A DNA stretch of 64,000 nucleotides, from positions 1 through 64,000 of the forward strand of contig CBDIWN010000045.1 of the NCBI GenBank assembly GCA_965285935.1, given 5' to 3'. Of this stretch, positions 10,413-24,471 are shown in pieces (within the stretch, counting starts at the first letter, position 1; each line of letters begins with the position of its first letter). Position numbers and translations under genes: made by a program. The notes below the pieces were generated by a model. It saw only the letters and a program-made list of their open reading frames with translations. It did no database searches and was not told the origin of the DNA. This stretch comes from Ophelia neglecta. Lineage: Eukaryota.

Positions 10413-10422
10413 AATAAATAAA
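10413..10422 (+). promoter_or_regulatory. Candidate polyadenylation signal (overlapping AATAAA x2) for gene 1
   Basis: caAATAAATAAAaag following a U-rich region downstream of the stop codon. Confidence 0.35.
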
Positions 10423-10702
10423 AAGTGCTACACTCGACGTTCTCTTGTCTCAATTCATACACTTTATCGCTTAGGGGCGGACTATTTAATAACTGAATAT
10501 TTTTAATTCTCCACTCACTAATTATAGATGTCATGCAAGGGTTTAAAATAGGAAGATTGACTTGCCAGGGAGCTGTGAGCGGCAAAAGTAAACCAATTGG
10601 CTATGTAGGTCTTAGTGTATGGCACAGACTTGGTCATTTAGTCACGGTCCCCACGTGTGACAGGGGGCTCAATGCCCTCTATAATATGTCAATGTACCAT
10701 TA

Positions 10703-10872
10703 CAGTGAAACCTGTGAATTACGACCAGCAAAGGGACGGGAAAATACCGGTCTGAATTCGAAGTTGGTCTGTTTAGACAGGTTATTAAACATTAAAAGGA
10801 TAAAACATGGTCCTCATATTAGTGTTAGTGTAGTGTTAAGACAAAGGAAATTACACCGAGTGGATTTTACCG
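10703..10872. mobile_element. MITE family A, degenerate copy
   Basis: ta+cagtgaaacctgtgaatt start with family internal sequence; decayed right end. Confidence 0.65.
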
Positions 10873-13372
10873 TGCGCTATGGGAGGTCTGTGGAAACCTG
10901 ACAGCAATACGCGCGTATAAAACCAAACACAACCGTCTTTCATGTTTTAATTTAGTCTAATATTTAGTCAAGAAATTTTGTCGTACCTAACGGCTTTTAA
11001 GTGTTTAAGTAAACGAATAATATCATCCCGTCACTTTTAAAGCTTCATACAACTTTATTTATTTATTCAAAGATCTTTATTCTGGGTGGTCCTTGCAGGC
11101 ATCACCTGCTCAAGGAACCCACTCTTTCTTATATAGGGGAGATTTCGACCTCGGCGCCACCTCGCGTCATTCATTTTTACACCCATGTAGTCAACAAAGA
11201 CTTATTAAGGTCGATTTTCTGAAAACAATAAAACCATAGTATGATAGCAGATGTACAGTGTACAGCTTCGCAATTACGTACAGTAGGCCAATGTGCATGT
11301 TGAGCAATTACCAAACTATAAGCCAGTCACGTGACTGAAAATTATCCGTACAGGTAATTGTTTTCACTAGTTTACCTATTACTTTTCGTTATTACCCGTA
11401 CAGTGTACGGTCCCCTACGGCGGAAATAATTGTCCATCGCGCTGAAAACGAAACACACCCCTAGTCGTCTCAATATAGAAGTCATGGTAACAATCAAAGG
11501 AACGTGGTTTAAAAAAATCACCGATCTCAGCCCCTGCCGCTATAACTCAGGTACCCCCCAACAATGCATAAGTTTAGACACATCCTGCGCAGTGGGTCTG
11601 CGCAGAGGGATATTGATTTTTATTTCCTCAAGTCTTATACGCCTCACTGTTATTACGACAAGTCATTGTTAAAATTGCACGTAACGTATTCTATAATTTA
11701 AACCATTATAAATTGCGAGGCAAACATGGCGGCACTAATTTGACGAAAAATGTCAAAACCTTTAATTATTTGGTTCTCATTCTCGAGAGTTTCGATTGCA
11801 TTTGTAGTGCAGACATACACAAAGGCGGCCGTCTGCTGTGGCTGACCTCTGACCTCTCTTGTATACTCTCGCCCTGTACGAGAGTTGGATTTCGGCGTTC
11901 CTCGCCAGATGTGACAGCTGTAGAAGTCTTGTCATAATGTATATCTCATGGGAGCCAGCCGCCTGACAGTGATACAGAACCCCTCCAGGCACATTTTACA
12001 CCCGGACGACTTTCAATGGCGGACTGTCAAGGGTCTTGCATTAAGAGATTGGGAAGGGGGGGGGGGTTTATAAGACAAGGTATTAACGGAGGTGGGGGGG
12101 GGGGGGGGTGTGCGTGTATAAGACAAGGTATTCACGGAGGGGGAGGGGGCTAAAAAAGACAATGTATTCACGTGAAGGAGACCAATTGTGTAGTGCTTTA
12201 ACGAATGCCTACCAAAGCAACATTTTTCATAAATATGCATTATTTAAACTAATTAAGAAACGTCATATGTGGGCAAATCAGTTAAAATCTATCTCATTGG
12301 TATTAATTGGTCATATGGAATGTGTGGGAGAAGTCAGCGTTTAGTGGGCCCTTCCCCTCCCCTGAACCCCCCTCAGCCCCCACCTGGCCCTCTCCCCCCC
12401 CCCCCCCCTCGCCCCCTACCTTGAGGGCCACCCATACACCGACTGTCCGCCTCTTCACGTGAAGACTTTTGTCCAGCCATTCCATTCAGTTCCTTGTGAT
12501 GTGGGACTATTCAGCTCGCCATTCCGCGGCACGCGAGCGCACAGATGGCGGTGCATCAGGCGGTAAATCTCTTGAATGCCGCCCGTTCTCGGGGTGAGAC
12601 GGGGGCGCCTGCGGCCGACCGCGGCTCACACCGACCTCAACAACCACCTGACTGGCCCTGAATGGACCACTGACAGGCGAGGTGAGAGGCTAGCCAGCCC
12701 CGACACAGCCACCTCGCACGTATCACATACACCTTTGTCAGTTTTTAATGAATCCATTACTGACATTGTATTGCCTTGAATTGGATGGGTTGACGAGAGA
12801 TACACTTGTCGTGGGCGGCCCAGCCTAACACATCGTGTTACCCGCTATCTCCAGCTCTCCATATGTCATCAGAGAAACTATCATCTGGTCGTCATGACAC
12901 CCTCCAATAACATCTATATAACCTAAATGACAACCTAATATTAGTGACTATCCAAATTATAGGCCTAAATCGTTGTGGCGCTCCGTCCAGCCCCTGCCAA
13001 GCCGCGGGTGACATCTTGTCTCGGTCGAGTCACATTTGTGTTAATATGGCACCTGCCGTACAAGTATTAATAGATAATGATTTAATGACAGTAATAATAA
13101 ATATTTGGATCCGCTTGGCACGGTTACAATATGGTTTCAGTACTGTTATATCACGGTAACAATATGTTTTATTTTAAATTTAATACAAATACAAGAGACC
13201 CATATAGTTACGGCGAATTGACATTAAAAAAATAGAAGGCAGTATTTAATTTTAAAATCCTAGGAGAGCGCAAACCTCCACACAAGTCCCCAGACTGTGG
13301 TAATAGTGTCTGAAGGCACGATATGAGACTCGAGGGTTTCATAATGCCACAAAGTAACAGCTTATTTACGGG

Positions 13373-14900
13373 AGGGCCCTGGGCCAGCTTGGTTTGAGAA
13401 GAAGAAGGGTTTGGAGAGAGCCAGCTTGGTTTGCGAAGGGCCGGCAGAGAGCCAGTTTGGTTTAAGAAGGGTGTGGAGAGGGCCAGTTTAGTTTAAGAAG
13501 GGCCTGGAGAGAGCTAACTTGGTATAAGAAGGGCCTGGAGAGAGCCAACTTGGTTTAAGAAGGGTCTGGAGAGAGCCAGCTTGGTTTAAGAAGGGCCTGG
13601 AGAGAGCTAACTTGGTATAAGAAGGGCCTGGAGAGAGCCAACTTGGTTTAAGAAGGGTCTGGAGAGAGCCAGCTTGGTTTAAGAAAGGCCGGGAAAGAGC
13701 CAGCTTGGTTTAAGAAGGGCCGGGAGAGAGCCAACTTGGTTTAAGACGGACCTGGGGAGAGCTAACTTGATTTAAGAAGGGCCGGCAGAGAGCCAGCTTG
13801 GTTTAAGAAGGGCCTGGAAAGAGCCATCTTGGTTTAAGAAGGGCTTGGAGAGAGCCAGCTTGGTTTAAGAAGGGCCGGGAGAGAGTCAGCTTGGTTTAAG
13901 AAGGGCCTGGAGAGAGCCAGCTTGGTTTAAGAAGGGCTTGGAGAGAGCCAGCTTGGTTTAAGAAGGGCCGGGAGAGAGTCAGCTTGGTTTAAGAAGGGCC
14001 GGGAGAGGGCCAACTTGGTTTAAGAAGGGCCAGGAGAGAGCCACCTTGGTTTAAGAAGGGCCGGGAGAGAGTCAGCTTGGTTTAAGAAGGGCCGGGAGAG
14101 GGCCAGCTAGGTTTAAGAAGGGCCTGGAGAGAGCTGGCTTGTTTTAAGAAGGGTCTGGAGAGAGCCACCTTGGTTTAAGAAGGGCCGGCAGAGTGCCAGC
14201 TTGGTTTAAGAAGGGCCTGAAGAGAGCCAGCTTGGTTTAAGAAGGGCCGGGAGAGAGCTAGCTTGGTTTAAGAAGGGCCTGGAGAGAGCCAGCTTGGTTT
14301 AAGAAGGGCCGGCAGAGAGCCAACTTGGTTTAAGAAGGGTCTGGAGAGAGCCAGCTTGGTTTAAGAAAGGCCGGGAAAGAGCCAGCTTGGTTTAAGAAGG
14401 GCCGGGAGAGAGCCAACTTGGTTTAAGAAGGGTCTGGAGAGAGCCAGCTTGGTTTAAGAAGGGTCTGGAGAGAGCCAGCTTGGTTTAAGAAGGGCCAGGA
14501 GAGAACCAGCTTGGTTTAAGAAGGGCCGGGAAAGAGCCAGCTTGGTTTAAGAAGGGCCGGGAGAGAGCCAACTTGGTTTAAGAAGGGCCTGGAGAGAGCC
14601 AGCTTGGTTTAAGAAGGGCCGGGAGAGAGCCAGCTTGGTTTAAGAAGGGCCGGGAGAGAGCCAGCTTGGTTTAAGAAGGGCCGGCAGAGAGCCAACTTGG
14701 TTTAAGAAAGGCCTGGAGAGAGCCATCTTGGTTAAAGAAGGGTCTGGAGAGAGCTGGCTTGGTTTAAGAAGGGCCAGGAGAGAGCCAGCTTGGTTTAAGA
14801 AGGGCCTAGAGAGCGCCAGCTTGGTTTAAGAAGGGCCTGGAGAGAGCCAGATTGGTTTGAGAAGGGTCTGGAGAGAGCCAGCTTGGTTTAAGAAGGGCCT
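13373..14900. repeat. Minisatellite, 31-bp unit (agagccagcttggtttaagaagggcc(t/g)ggag), ~49 copies
   Basis: Head-to-tail direct repeats without unique spacers. Confidence 0.97.
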
Positions 14901-15164
14901 CGGTCCAGCCAACTCGATGTTAGATGAGTAAACCGACATTTAATGCACTATATATGTAGAATTTAAAAGTGTACGTATAGCAATTACTTTATAATGCTTG
15001 TATAACTTAAAACATAATAATTGGCGAGCAAAATTAATTACGATAAATATTTAAGCGGTCTTTTAGGTTAATCATAATTTTACTAAAACTCATAATGACG
15101 CCGTGATAAGTAGATATGTGTATTTTATATAAAGGATCCGTTTGAATCAATCCCAGTTAGGTTA

Positions 15165-15888
15165 ACCAGGTCTGGGGCCTCTGTCCGGGACTCAAAACTC
15201 CGCCTCCCGGGGATGGTACCTCTCTCCGGGACTCTTTAACTCCCGGTGGTCTGTCTGGGGCCTTTTTGCGGGACTCCTCACTCCCCCCCCCCTCTCCACC
15301 CCCACCCCCGGTCTGTGGCTTCTTTCCGGGTCTCATAACTCCGCCCCCGAGTGGGACCTCTGTCAGGGACCCTTTAACTACGCCCCCGGGTCTGCCTTGG
15401 GCATCTGTCCGGGACTCATAACTCCGCCCCCGGGTCTGCCTTTGACCTCTGTCCGGGACTCATAACTCCGCCCCGGGTTTGTCTGAGACCTCTGTCCGGG
15501 ACTCTTTAACTCTGCCCCCGGGTCTGCCTGGGGCTTCTTTCCGGGTCTCATAACTCCGCCCCGGGTCTGTCCGGGACCTCTGTCCGGGACTCATAACTCC
15601 GCCCCGGGTCTGTCTGTGACCTCTGTCCGGGACTCATAACTCCGCCCCGGGTCTACCTGGGGCCTCTGTCCGAGACTCTTTAACTCCGCCCCCGGGTCTG
15701 TCCGGGAACTCTGTCCGGGTCTCTTTAACTCTGCCCCCGGGTCTGCCTGGGGCTTCTTTCCGGGACTCATAACTCCGCCCCGGGTCTACCTGGGGCCTCT
15801 GTCCGAGACTCTTTAACTCCGCCCCCGGGTCTGTCCGGGACCTCAGTCCGGGACTCTTTAACTCCGCCCCGGGTCTGTCCGGGACTCG
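15165..15888. repeat. Minisatellite, ~40-bp unit (ctctgtccgggactcataactccgccccgggtctg...)
   Basis: Direct repeats; most units contain a GC box (CCGCCCC). Confidence 0.93.
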
Positions 15889-16709
15889 CGGCGGACAAAG
15901 ACCTGACGGAGGCCAGATAATGGATATCTACTGTCAACAGGTCAGCTAATCACCGGTGGTAAGCCGTGATGCATGCCGGGATACTACAGTCAGCTGACTG
16001 GGGTCCAATAGAGAACGGGGTGACCTGACCCGGAAGCCCAGTTAGTGTATGTGGGCTGTAGGCATGCGGCAATTAACAATTCGTTTTCTATTCATCCACA
16101 TGTAAAAAATATACCACTAGTAAAGCACTTGACAGAAGTAATCCGACGAAACAGGTTTTCGTCAAGGGAAAAAATAATACCATTATTGTTTTTAGGGCCT
16201 GGAAGCTATCACTGCGGAAATAAACAATTTCAAACAGTGCATTAGTAGCGAGCAACGATCCCCAGCGGCATTTTATGTGGCTTGTGTTTTCCGTTTCTTT
16301 TTCGAGCAAGCCCATACGTCTTTTGGTGGATTCAATCAGCGAGCCTGCTGCGATAGTCCCGCCCTCGTTGTCGAGCGCTGTGACCCCTGACCCCGACCCA
16401 ATCCATCACTGAGCCTGGCAGCCCACAAAGCCTTTTATCAGACGACAGATAACTCACACAGCCTTCTCAGCGAATACAAAAAACATCGGAATGCGGCTGG
16501 CACACGGGCCTGCGATACAGCTACTGTGTCTCGAAGAACGGCCCGCTGGTTAAGAAAAACCACTCTCGAGATAGGCTCGGCTTGTACACCAGACCCAGAT
16601 TGTAAGGTCGATCTCGGGAATACTTAGCCGACAAAACGCTACAAAACATCCGCCTACAATTCATCATAACCAGACGTCGTTGGTGGAGGGGAAAATTTAA
16701 GGTGGAACA

Positions 16710-17030
16710 TGGAAATTACCGCTAGACTCTAAATAACAATGTTGTAACTGCTCTACGTTAGGGTAGCGGTGGGGGTGGCGGTGGGGAAGGCGGTGGTTGA
16801 TTAAATCACCGCTAGATCTTTAAATAACGCTAGTAAATGCCTGTTCTAGGGGTTGGGGTAAGGGGGTGGTTTATTAAATCAACGCTACGCCTTTACATAA
16901 CGCTGGTACATGCTGTTCCCGGGGGTAGGGGTGGGGGTGGGGGTGGGGTGGTTGATTAACGGTAGCACATGCTTGTTCTAAATTAAGGAAGGGTGGGGAT
17001 TTGTTAAATATTGGATAACACACAATATGC
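16710..17030. repeat. Diverged ~70-80-bp tandem repeat (attaaatcaccgctag...taaataacgct...G-tract)
   Basis: 3-4 imperfect copies. Confidence 0.55.
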
Positions 17031-17263
17031 CTGCTTGCTCTACTGTTGGGTGGGGGTTGGTAGGGGTTTGGTGGGGGGAGGAAGGATGGTGGGGTGTGGG
17101 GGGTTGGTGAGAGGTTGGTGGGTGTGGGGGGTTGGGGGGGGGGTGGGTTTGGTGGGGTGTGGGTGAGTTAACGATTACCCCAAAGTGTTATACAATAAAC
17201 TACTATAACAATAATAGACCTTTTCTCTAGACCAGTGTGTGTGCGGGAGTAAGGGAGTGTGGT

Positions 17264-18858
17264 GCCTACACCGTACAGCGAGGGACCTTTACGGGCCTAG
17301 CCTACACCGTACAGCGAGGGACCTTTACGGGCCTAGCCTACACCGTACAGCGAGGGACCTTTACGTGCCTAGCCTACACCGTACAGCGAGGGACCTTTAC
17401 GTGCCTAGCCTACACCGTACAGCGAGGGACCTTTACGGACCTAGCCTACACCGTACAGCGAGGGACCTTTACGGGCCTAGCCTACACCGTACAGCGAGGG
17501 ACCTTTACGGACCTAGCCTACACCGTACAGCGAGGGACCTTTACGGGCCTAGCCTACACCGTACAGAGAGGGACCTTTACGGGCCTAGCCTACACCGTAC
17601 AGCGAGGGACCTTTACGGACCTAGCCTACACCGTACAGCGAGGGACCTTTACGGACCTAGCCTACACCTTACAGAGAGGGACCTTTACGGGCCTAGCCTA
17701 CACCGTACAGCGAGGGACCTTTACGGGCCTAGCCTACACCGTACAGCGAGGGACCTTTACGGGCCTACACCGTACAGCGAGGGACCTTTACGGACCTAGC
17801 CTACACCGTACAGCGAGGGACCTTATCGGGCCTAGCCTACGCCGTACAGCGAGGGACCTTTACGGGCCTAGCCTACACCGTACAGCGAGGGACCTTATCG
17901 GGCCTAGCCTACACCGTACAGCGAGGGACCTTTACAGGCCTAGCCTACACCGTACAGCGAGGGACCTTTACGTGCCTAGCCTACACCGTACAGCGAGGGA
18001 CCTTTACGGGCCTAGCCTACACCGTACAGCGAGGGACCTTTACGGGCCTAGCCTACACCGTACAGCGAGGGACCTTAACGGGCCTAGCCTACACCGTACA
18101 GCGAGGGACCTTTACGGGCCTAGCCTACACCGTACAGCGAGGGACCTTTACGGGCCTACACCGTACAGCGAGGGACCTTTACGGACCTAGCCTACACCGT
18201 ACAGCGAGGGACCTTTACGTGCCTAGCCTACACCGTACAGAGAGGGACCTTTACGGGCCTAGCCTACACCGTACAGCGAGGGACCTTTACGGGCCTACAC
18301 CGTACAGCGAGGGACCTTTACGGGCCTAGCCTACAGCGTACAGCGAGGGACCTTTACGGGCCTAGCCTACACCGTACAGCGAGGGACCTTTACGGGCCTA
18401 GCCTACACCGTACAGCGAGGGACCTTTACGGGCCTAGCCTACAGCGTACAGCGAGGGACCTTTACGGGCGTACAGCGAGGGACCTTTACGGGCCTAGCCT
18501 ACACCGTACAGCGAGGGACCTTTACGGGCCTACACCGTACAGCGAGGGACCTTTTCGGGCCTAGCCTACACCGTACAGCGAGGGACCTTTTCGGGCCTAG
18601 CCTACACCGTACAGTGAGGGACCTTTACGGGCCTAGCCTACACCGTACAGCGAGGGACCTTTACGGGTCTAGCCTACACCGTACAGCGAGGGACCTTTAC
18701 GGGCCTAGCCTACACCGTACAGCGAGGGACCTTTACGGGCCTAGCCTACACCGTACAGCCGGGGACCTTTACGGGCCTAGCCTACACCGTACAGCGAGGG
18801 ACCTTTACGGGCCTAGCCTACACCGTACAGCGAGGGACCTTTAAGGGTCTAGCCTACA
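17264..18858. repeat. Minisatellite, 36-bp unit (cctacaccgtacagcgagggacctttacgggcctag), ~45 copies
   Basis: Highly homogeneous direct repeats with occasional 5-bp deletions. Confidence 0.97.
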
Positions 18859-19607
18859 TTGTACAGTGGGGCGTGTGAACCCCTTTTAAGTCTCGGTAGG
18901 CCTACTCTTTTGTTAAATGACATATGATAATTGTTAGGCCTGAACGACAGCCCGCCGGCCTTCACAGCGGAGATCGGCGATAAAATGAACAAATGAGTCG
19001 TATTTTACGTAGCCATCCCGGCGCGTTTTCGGGTTCTGGCGGTCTGCTTACAGGAGTAGCTGTTGTCATTCCTGGTACTGTTTACAGAACACAGCTCCCC
19101 GGCGGCTGGCGGCTCCTGCTTGGCTGATATTTCCTGGCTATTGATGCCAGCGGAGCCAGCAGCCAGCAGACGACTCAGCCCCAGCGTTCGTACTCAGACC
19201 GTTTGTACTCAGAGCGGGACTCGGAGCAACACACTCGATCATGGTTACTCGCCAGAGAAGCCAGGCTGCAAAAATCGATCTTGTTCGCCTAAATATAGCT
19301 CAGCCTATTTCTCGGTGTTGGTTGCCTTGGTAACGGTCTGACTCGGGAGGTGGATCGCCCCTGACAGCCAGTTGGCGCGGTGCCAGGTCGCCTTGTTTTC
19401 CTGATCTGAGCAGACGACATTGTCGGTCTGACGGTATTTGCTCTGAATGGCGGTTTACCCGGCATGCCCGGCAGGCGGCGGAGCATTACGCTGATTTACA
19501 GTCGGACTTGGGTTATAAATCACTCGCGGTGACGCAGAACGTATTCCTCTCGCCAAATAGCTCCATAACTCACCCGTAATTCACCTGGCCGTGGACTTAA
19601 TGGCCAC

Positions 19608-20900
19608 CGCCAGCCGGGGATCTAAGGGGGTCGCTCAGGGGTCGGGGCTCCGGGGTTCAGGGGCATCACTGGCCGGGATCTGAGGGGGTCGGTCAGGGGT
19701 CGGGGCTCCGGGGTACATGGGCATCACTGGCCGGGATCTGAGGGGGTCGCTCAGGGGTCAAGGCTCCGGGGTACAAGGCCATCACTGGCCGGGATCTGAG
19801 GGGGTCGGGGGCTCCGGGGTACAAGGCCATCACTGACCGAGATCTGAGGGGGTCGGGGGCTCCGGGGTACAAGGCCATCACTGGCCAGGATCTGAGGGGG
19901 TCGCTCAGGGGTCGGGGCTCCGGGGTACATGGCCATCACTGGCCGGGATCTGAGGGGGTCGGGGCTCCGGGGTACATGGGCATCACTGGCCGGGATCTGA
20001 GGGGGTCTGGGCTCCGGGGTACAAGGCCATCACTGGCCAGGATCTGAGGGGGTCGGGGCTCCGGGGTACAAGGCCATCACTGACCGAGATCTGAGGGGGT
20101 CGGGGCACCGGGGTACAAGGCCATCACTGGCCGGGATCTGAGGGGGTCGCTCAGGGGTCGGGGCTCCGGGGTACATGGGCATCACTGGCCAGGATCTGAG
20201 GGGGTCGGGGCACCGGGGTACAAGGCCATCACTGGCCGGGATCTGAGGGGGTCGGGGCTCCGGGGTACAAGGCCATCACTGGCCAGGATCTGAGGGGGTC
20301 GGGGCTCCGGGGTACAAGGCCATCACTGGCCGGGATCTGAGGGGGTCTGGGCTCCGGGGTACAAGGCCATCACTGGCCAGGATCTGAGGGGGTCGCTCAG
20401 GGGTCGGGGCTCCGGGGTACAAGGACATCACTGGCCGGAATCTGAGGGGGTCGCTCAGGGGTCGGGGCTCCGGGGTACATGGGCATCACTGGCCGGGAAT
20501 TGAGGGGGTCGCTCAGGGGTCGGGGCTCCGGGGTACATGGGCATCACTGGCCGGGATCTGAGGGGGTCGCTCAGGGGTCGGGGCTCCGGGGTACAAGGCC
20601 ATCACTGGCCGGGATCTGAGGGGGTCGGGGCTCCGGGGTACATGGGCATCAAAGGCCGGGATCTGAGGGGGTCGGTCAGGGGTCGGGGCTCCGGGGTACA
20701 AGGCCATCACTGGCCGGGATCTGAGGGGGTCGGGGCTCCGGGGTACATGGGCATCACAGGCCGGGATCTGAGGGGGTCGGGGCTCCGGGGTACAAGGCCA
20801 TCACTGGCCGAGATCTGAGGGGGTCGGTCAGGGGTCGGGGCTCCGGGGTACATAGGTATCACTGACCGGGATCTGAGGGGGTCGGGGCTCCGGGGTACAT
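19608..20900. repeat. Minisatellite with 47-bp and 58-bp unit variants (ggccgggatctgagggggtc[gctcaggggtc]ggggctccggggtacaaggccatcact)
   Basis: Direct repeats with interspersed long and short variants. Confidence 0.96.
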
Positions 20901-21589
20901 AAATAAAGGGCTGTTGAAAGTATAAAGTTCCTTTCTCTTGTGTGAATATATGGAGTCAAATACTGTAACGTAAGTGCCTCCGCTTATACATGCATATGTA
21001 GGCCTACAATCACGCATGAGTTGTCTCCATGATGTTAAGCTTGATGAAACTGCTCTGTAATTCATCCGGAAGATTTCCACGTAATTGGACAATTATTCTG
21101 GCTTCGATGTACCTAAGAAGTTGTGCTTTGTCAGTCACTAAGCGACAAGCAGCCTGCTGGTTAATGTATTGGCCCTCGTGTGTCACCAGCAGCTCTGGGG
21201 AGACCGTGGTTCTCATTGTATGTCTCGGTCGTGGCAAGGCCGAGAGCTGTCGCTCCCTTATCCTGCGTGTAGGTATCTCTAATATGACTCATGAAAAGCC
21301 AGCGGTATCGTCTGATGCTATTAATTAATGAATTAATGATAAATATCTTTGTTACCACCCCCCACCCCCCGCTCTCCCACTCAAGCGACCCACCCTCACC
21401 ATCCCCCATAGACAGGCAGCTGGTCACCCCAATAGACACGATGGGAGTTTTACAGAAACAGTACGTACTTGTTTATAACGAATGAAACTGAAACAGATCT
21501 GAACAACATCTCATGACTTTCTATGGCTTTCCTACATTTATCTATACACTAGCTTTGTTCATATATTTACTTTAATAGATTGAAGAGGG

Positions 21590-22092
21590 TGAGATGGTTA
21601 GAAGGTGGGGGCGGGGGTCCGAGGGTAGGGGTTGGGAGGTGGGGGCGGGGATGGGAGGGTAGGGGGGCAGAGGGTTGGAAGGTGGGGGCGGGGGTCCGAG
21701 GGTAGGGGTTGGGAGATGGGGGCGGGGATGGGAGGGTAGGGGGGCAGAGGGTTGGAAAGTGGGGGCGGGGATGGGAGGGGGTTGGGAGGTGGTAGCGGGG
21801 GTGGGGGGTGGGGGTGGCAGAGGGTTGAAAGGCGGGAGCGGGGGTCGGAGGGTAGGTGTTGGAAGGTGGGAACGGGGGTTGGGGGGGGGGGGGCTGGGAG
21901 GTTGAAGCGGGGATGGGAGGGTAAGGTGTTGGGTGGAGGGGGCGGGGTGAGAGGACATGCGGTTGGAAGGTTGGAGCGGGGATGGGGGGGGGGGCAGAGG
22001 GTTGGAAGGTGGGGGCGGGGATGGGAGGGTAGAGGGGGTGGGGGGGGGGGGGCAGAGGGTTGGAAGGTGGGGGCGGGGTTGGTAGGGTAGGG
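21590..22092 (+). repeat. G-rich degenerate tandem repeat (ggttggaaggtgggggcggggatgggagggta), G4-prone
   Basis: Repeated G tracts. Confidence 0.85.
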
Positions 22093-24238
22093 TAATGGTC
22101 CGCAGTACAGATCCTAACCTATAGCCTTGATCCTACCCACCCAATAGGAAGAAATCACATATCTCTGGGTTAACCAGGTAAAAAGAACAATTTTATTTTG
22201 GAATTGCTACACTATATCATGGCTGACTGATACCAGACTAATAAAATATGTACATGTACAAATATATTCACAATACTCTCTGCTACTTCTAAAGACTATA
22301 AACGTTGCTAAGAATATCATTTTTTATAGGACAATATTTATATGAGATAATAGGCTCCCGTGGTGGGGGGATCGAGAGACACCTTCAACTATTTTAGCAG
22401 CTGAGGACATCCAAATCACACCTTTGATAAGAACAAATGAGATTTAAAACACATTCACCTGGATAGGGGAAAATTTGCATAGGCCTATATCATTTGTTAT
22501 AGCTAATCTGGCAAAATCAAACGTGTTTATTGCTGAATTCATGGCTTGTTTCAGTGTCAAATTCACCAAAGTTGGCGGATTTTAAACACGAGGCTTAGAT
22601 AAAACAAACTATGCCGAAAATAGGAAATTATAATGATAATAATATTACTGTACACGTGAGGTAAGGAATGGGCGTCAGGGAAACACGTGCAGACACGTGC
22701 AGACACGTGTAAAATGGGCGTCAGGGAAACACGTGCAGACCCTTGGCTAGGTGGAAACTTATTAAATTTCCGAGCCATGTCTACGAAGATTTGATGACAA
22801 CTGATCCCTCGATTAGACACAACTGCCTTCCAAAACTACAAAACGAGCTCCCCTGGCGGCAGACTAGTGGCCGGAAAATGTGTCTGACAAGAAATATAAA
22901 ACATTACAAGTTAATGAATTGATCAGGTCGGTGGTGAAGGAAGCGCATGCGTGTTTAGAGGTCTCAGAGTGTACAGATCTTGACTTAGTTAAGATCACCT
23001 GAGAGTAATTCACCTAGCACTTAACAGGCAAGTCCTGGAAGAGTTATTATAAAACACTAACACGCACTGAAAAACTAACATTAAGTAAACCTAATGAATA
23101 TTGGAAAGTATTTAATATCACAGAGTTCACACACTCCAAACTGCCTTCAGTTAACAGAACATTTGCCAGATTTCGACTTTACCCCTGCACACACCGGTAT
23201 AATAGATGACACATGTAAAGATCCATGTTTGTCTAGAGTAAAGATATCTCCTGAACACGTCTGGTCTCCCGTGTATCTTCCTTTACTTACACATTTTAGT
23301 CAGAAAAACATCTGATTCATCCACCTAGAAGATTTTTTTTATAAAATAGAGCTCAATAACCGCTTACTTCTTACTATTATCCCCATGTAAATAGAAATAG
23401 ACAGTACAATAAACGATTAACTATACCCAACTTAAGACACTAAATGACCCACATGGTGTCTATGTGTCGTTAAGCCCCAAAAATGCAAATCCAAATCCAG
23501 TGTGCAGAGATCTTCTCTTCGTATAGCAGAGGTAGGGTTCCCTCGCGCCAACCAACTGCCAGTCAGACGTAGAGGACCCTCCCTCCCCCTCCCCCTCCCC
23601 CCCCCCCTCCCCCTGCTACAAACGGAACCATAGCTCGGACCGTAAACTTCATCATTGCAAGCCCATAAATAAAAAAATAAAGATATTTTAAAAGTAAAAA
23701 CCCGTACTTGACGTGCTGCGTGGTAGGATTATTTAATTAGTATCTTTATTCCTCCTCGGGGGAGAGTACTTTTACATGTAAAAGACAGAGAAAAATTAAA
23801 TGGACAAAAATACACCAGAAGAGAAGGAGAGGCACAAATTACAAAATGAAATACGAATTACAGGGATATGCATAAATAAGTTTAAATTTATCTACACGGG
23901 AAGCCAAACAATAGACTCCAAACCGAATGTGTAACAAGCTACACGCTATAGCCTGCACTTACTACGAGGCGACTGCATTTCCCATTTAGCGGCTACTAGG
24001 ATAACTGAACAAATAAAAATCATATAAAAAACCGCAGAGCTCAGAGTGTCGGTGTCAGTTACCTGGTATATATATAAGTGGATATTCTCGTCTTACCGCT
24101 CACGAGAGCCATGTCAACACTGTACGCGCTGCACGGTGTCCCGATGGGCACTGGCAAAACAAAAATTCAAAGTTGTAGTTGACAGGTACATGACAAACAC
24201 ACGTAAACCAATAGTGTCTACATAATGAAATGAACATA

Positions 24239-24416
24239 CAGTGAAACCTGTAAATTAAGACCACCAAAGGGACTGGAGAATACGGGTCTGATTTTGGAGG
24301 TGGTCTGTTTAGACAGGTTATTTAACATTGAAAGTATACAGCAACATCCTCATATTGGTGGTCTGTATTGACAGGTGGTCTGATTATAGAGGTTGTCTTT
24401 AAGGCAGGTTTCGCTG
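24239..24416. mobile_element. MITE family A, full copy flanked by TA
   Basis: ta|cagtgaaacctg...caggtttcgctg|ta. Confidence 0.9.
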
Positions 24417-24471
24417 TAGTAGTTAGAACAAGCTGTCATTTGACTGTATTTGTAGATATTCTATAACGTAT

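Noticed and set aside
17237-18844. ORFs of 317, 186 and 76 aa with 12-aa repeats
   Set aside because: They arise from the 36-bp minisatellite (a multiple of 3). Frames are broken by 5-bp deletions and there is no unique coding flank.
13373-20900. Regular 31-58-bp repeats as possible CRISPR arrays
   Set aside because: Units are head-to-tail with no unique spacers, there are no cas genes, and the context is eukaryotic.
21572-22090. Pro-rich/Gly-rich ORFs (also at 83-422 and 62396-62743)
   Set aside because: Translations of G/C low-complexity tracts.
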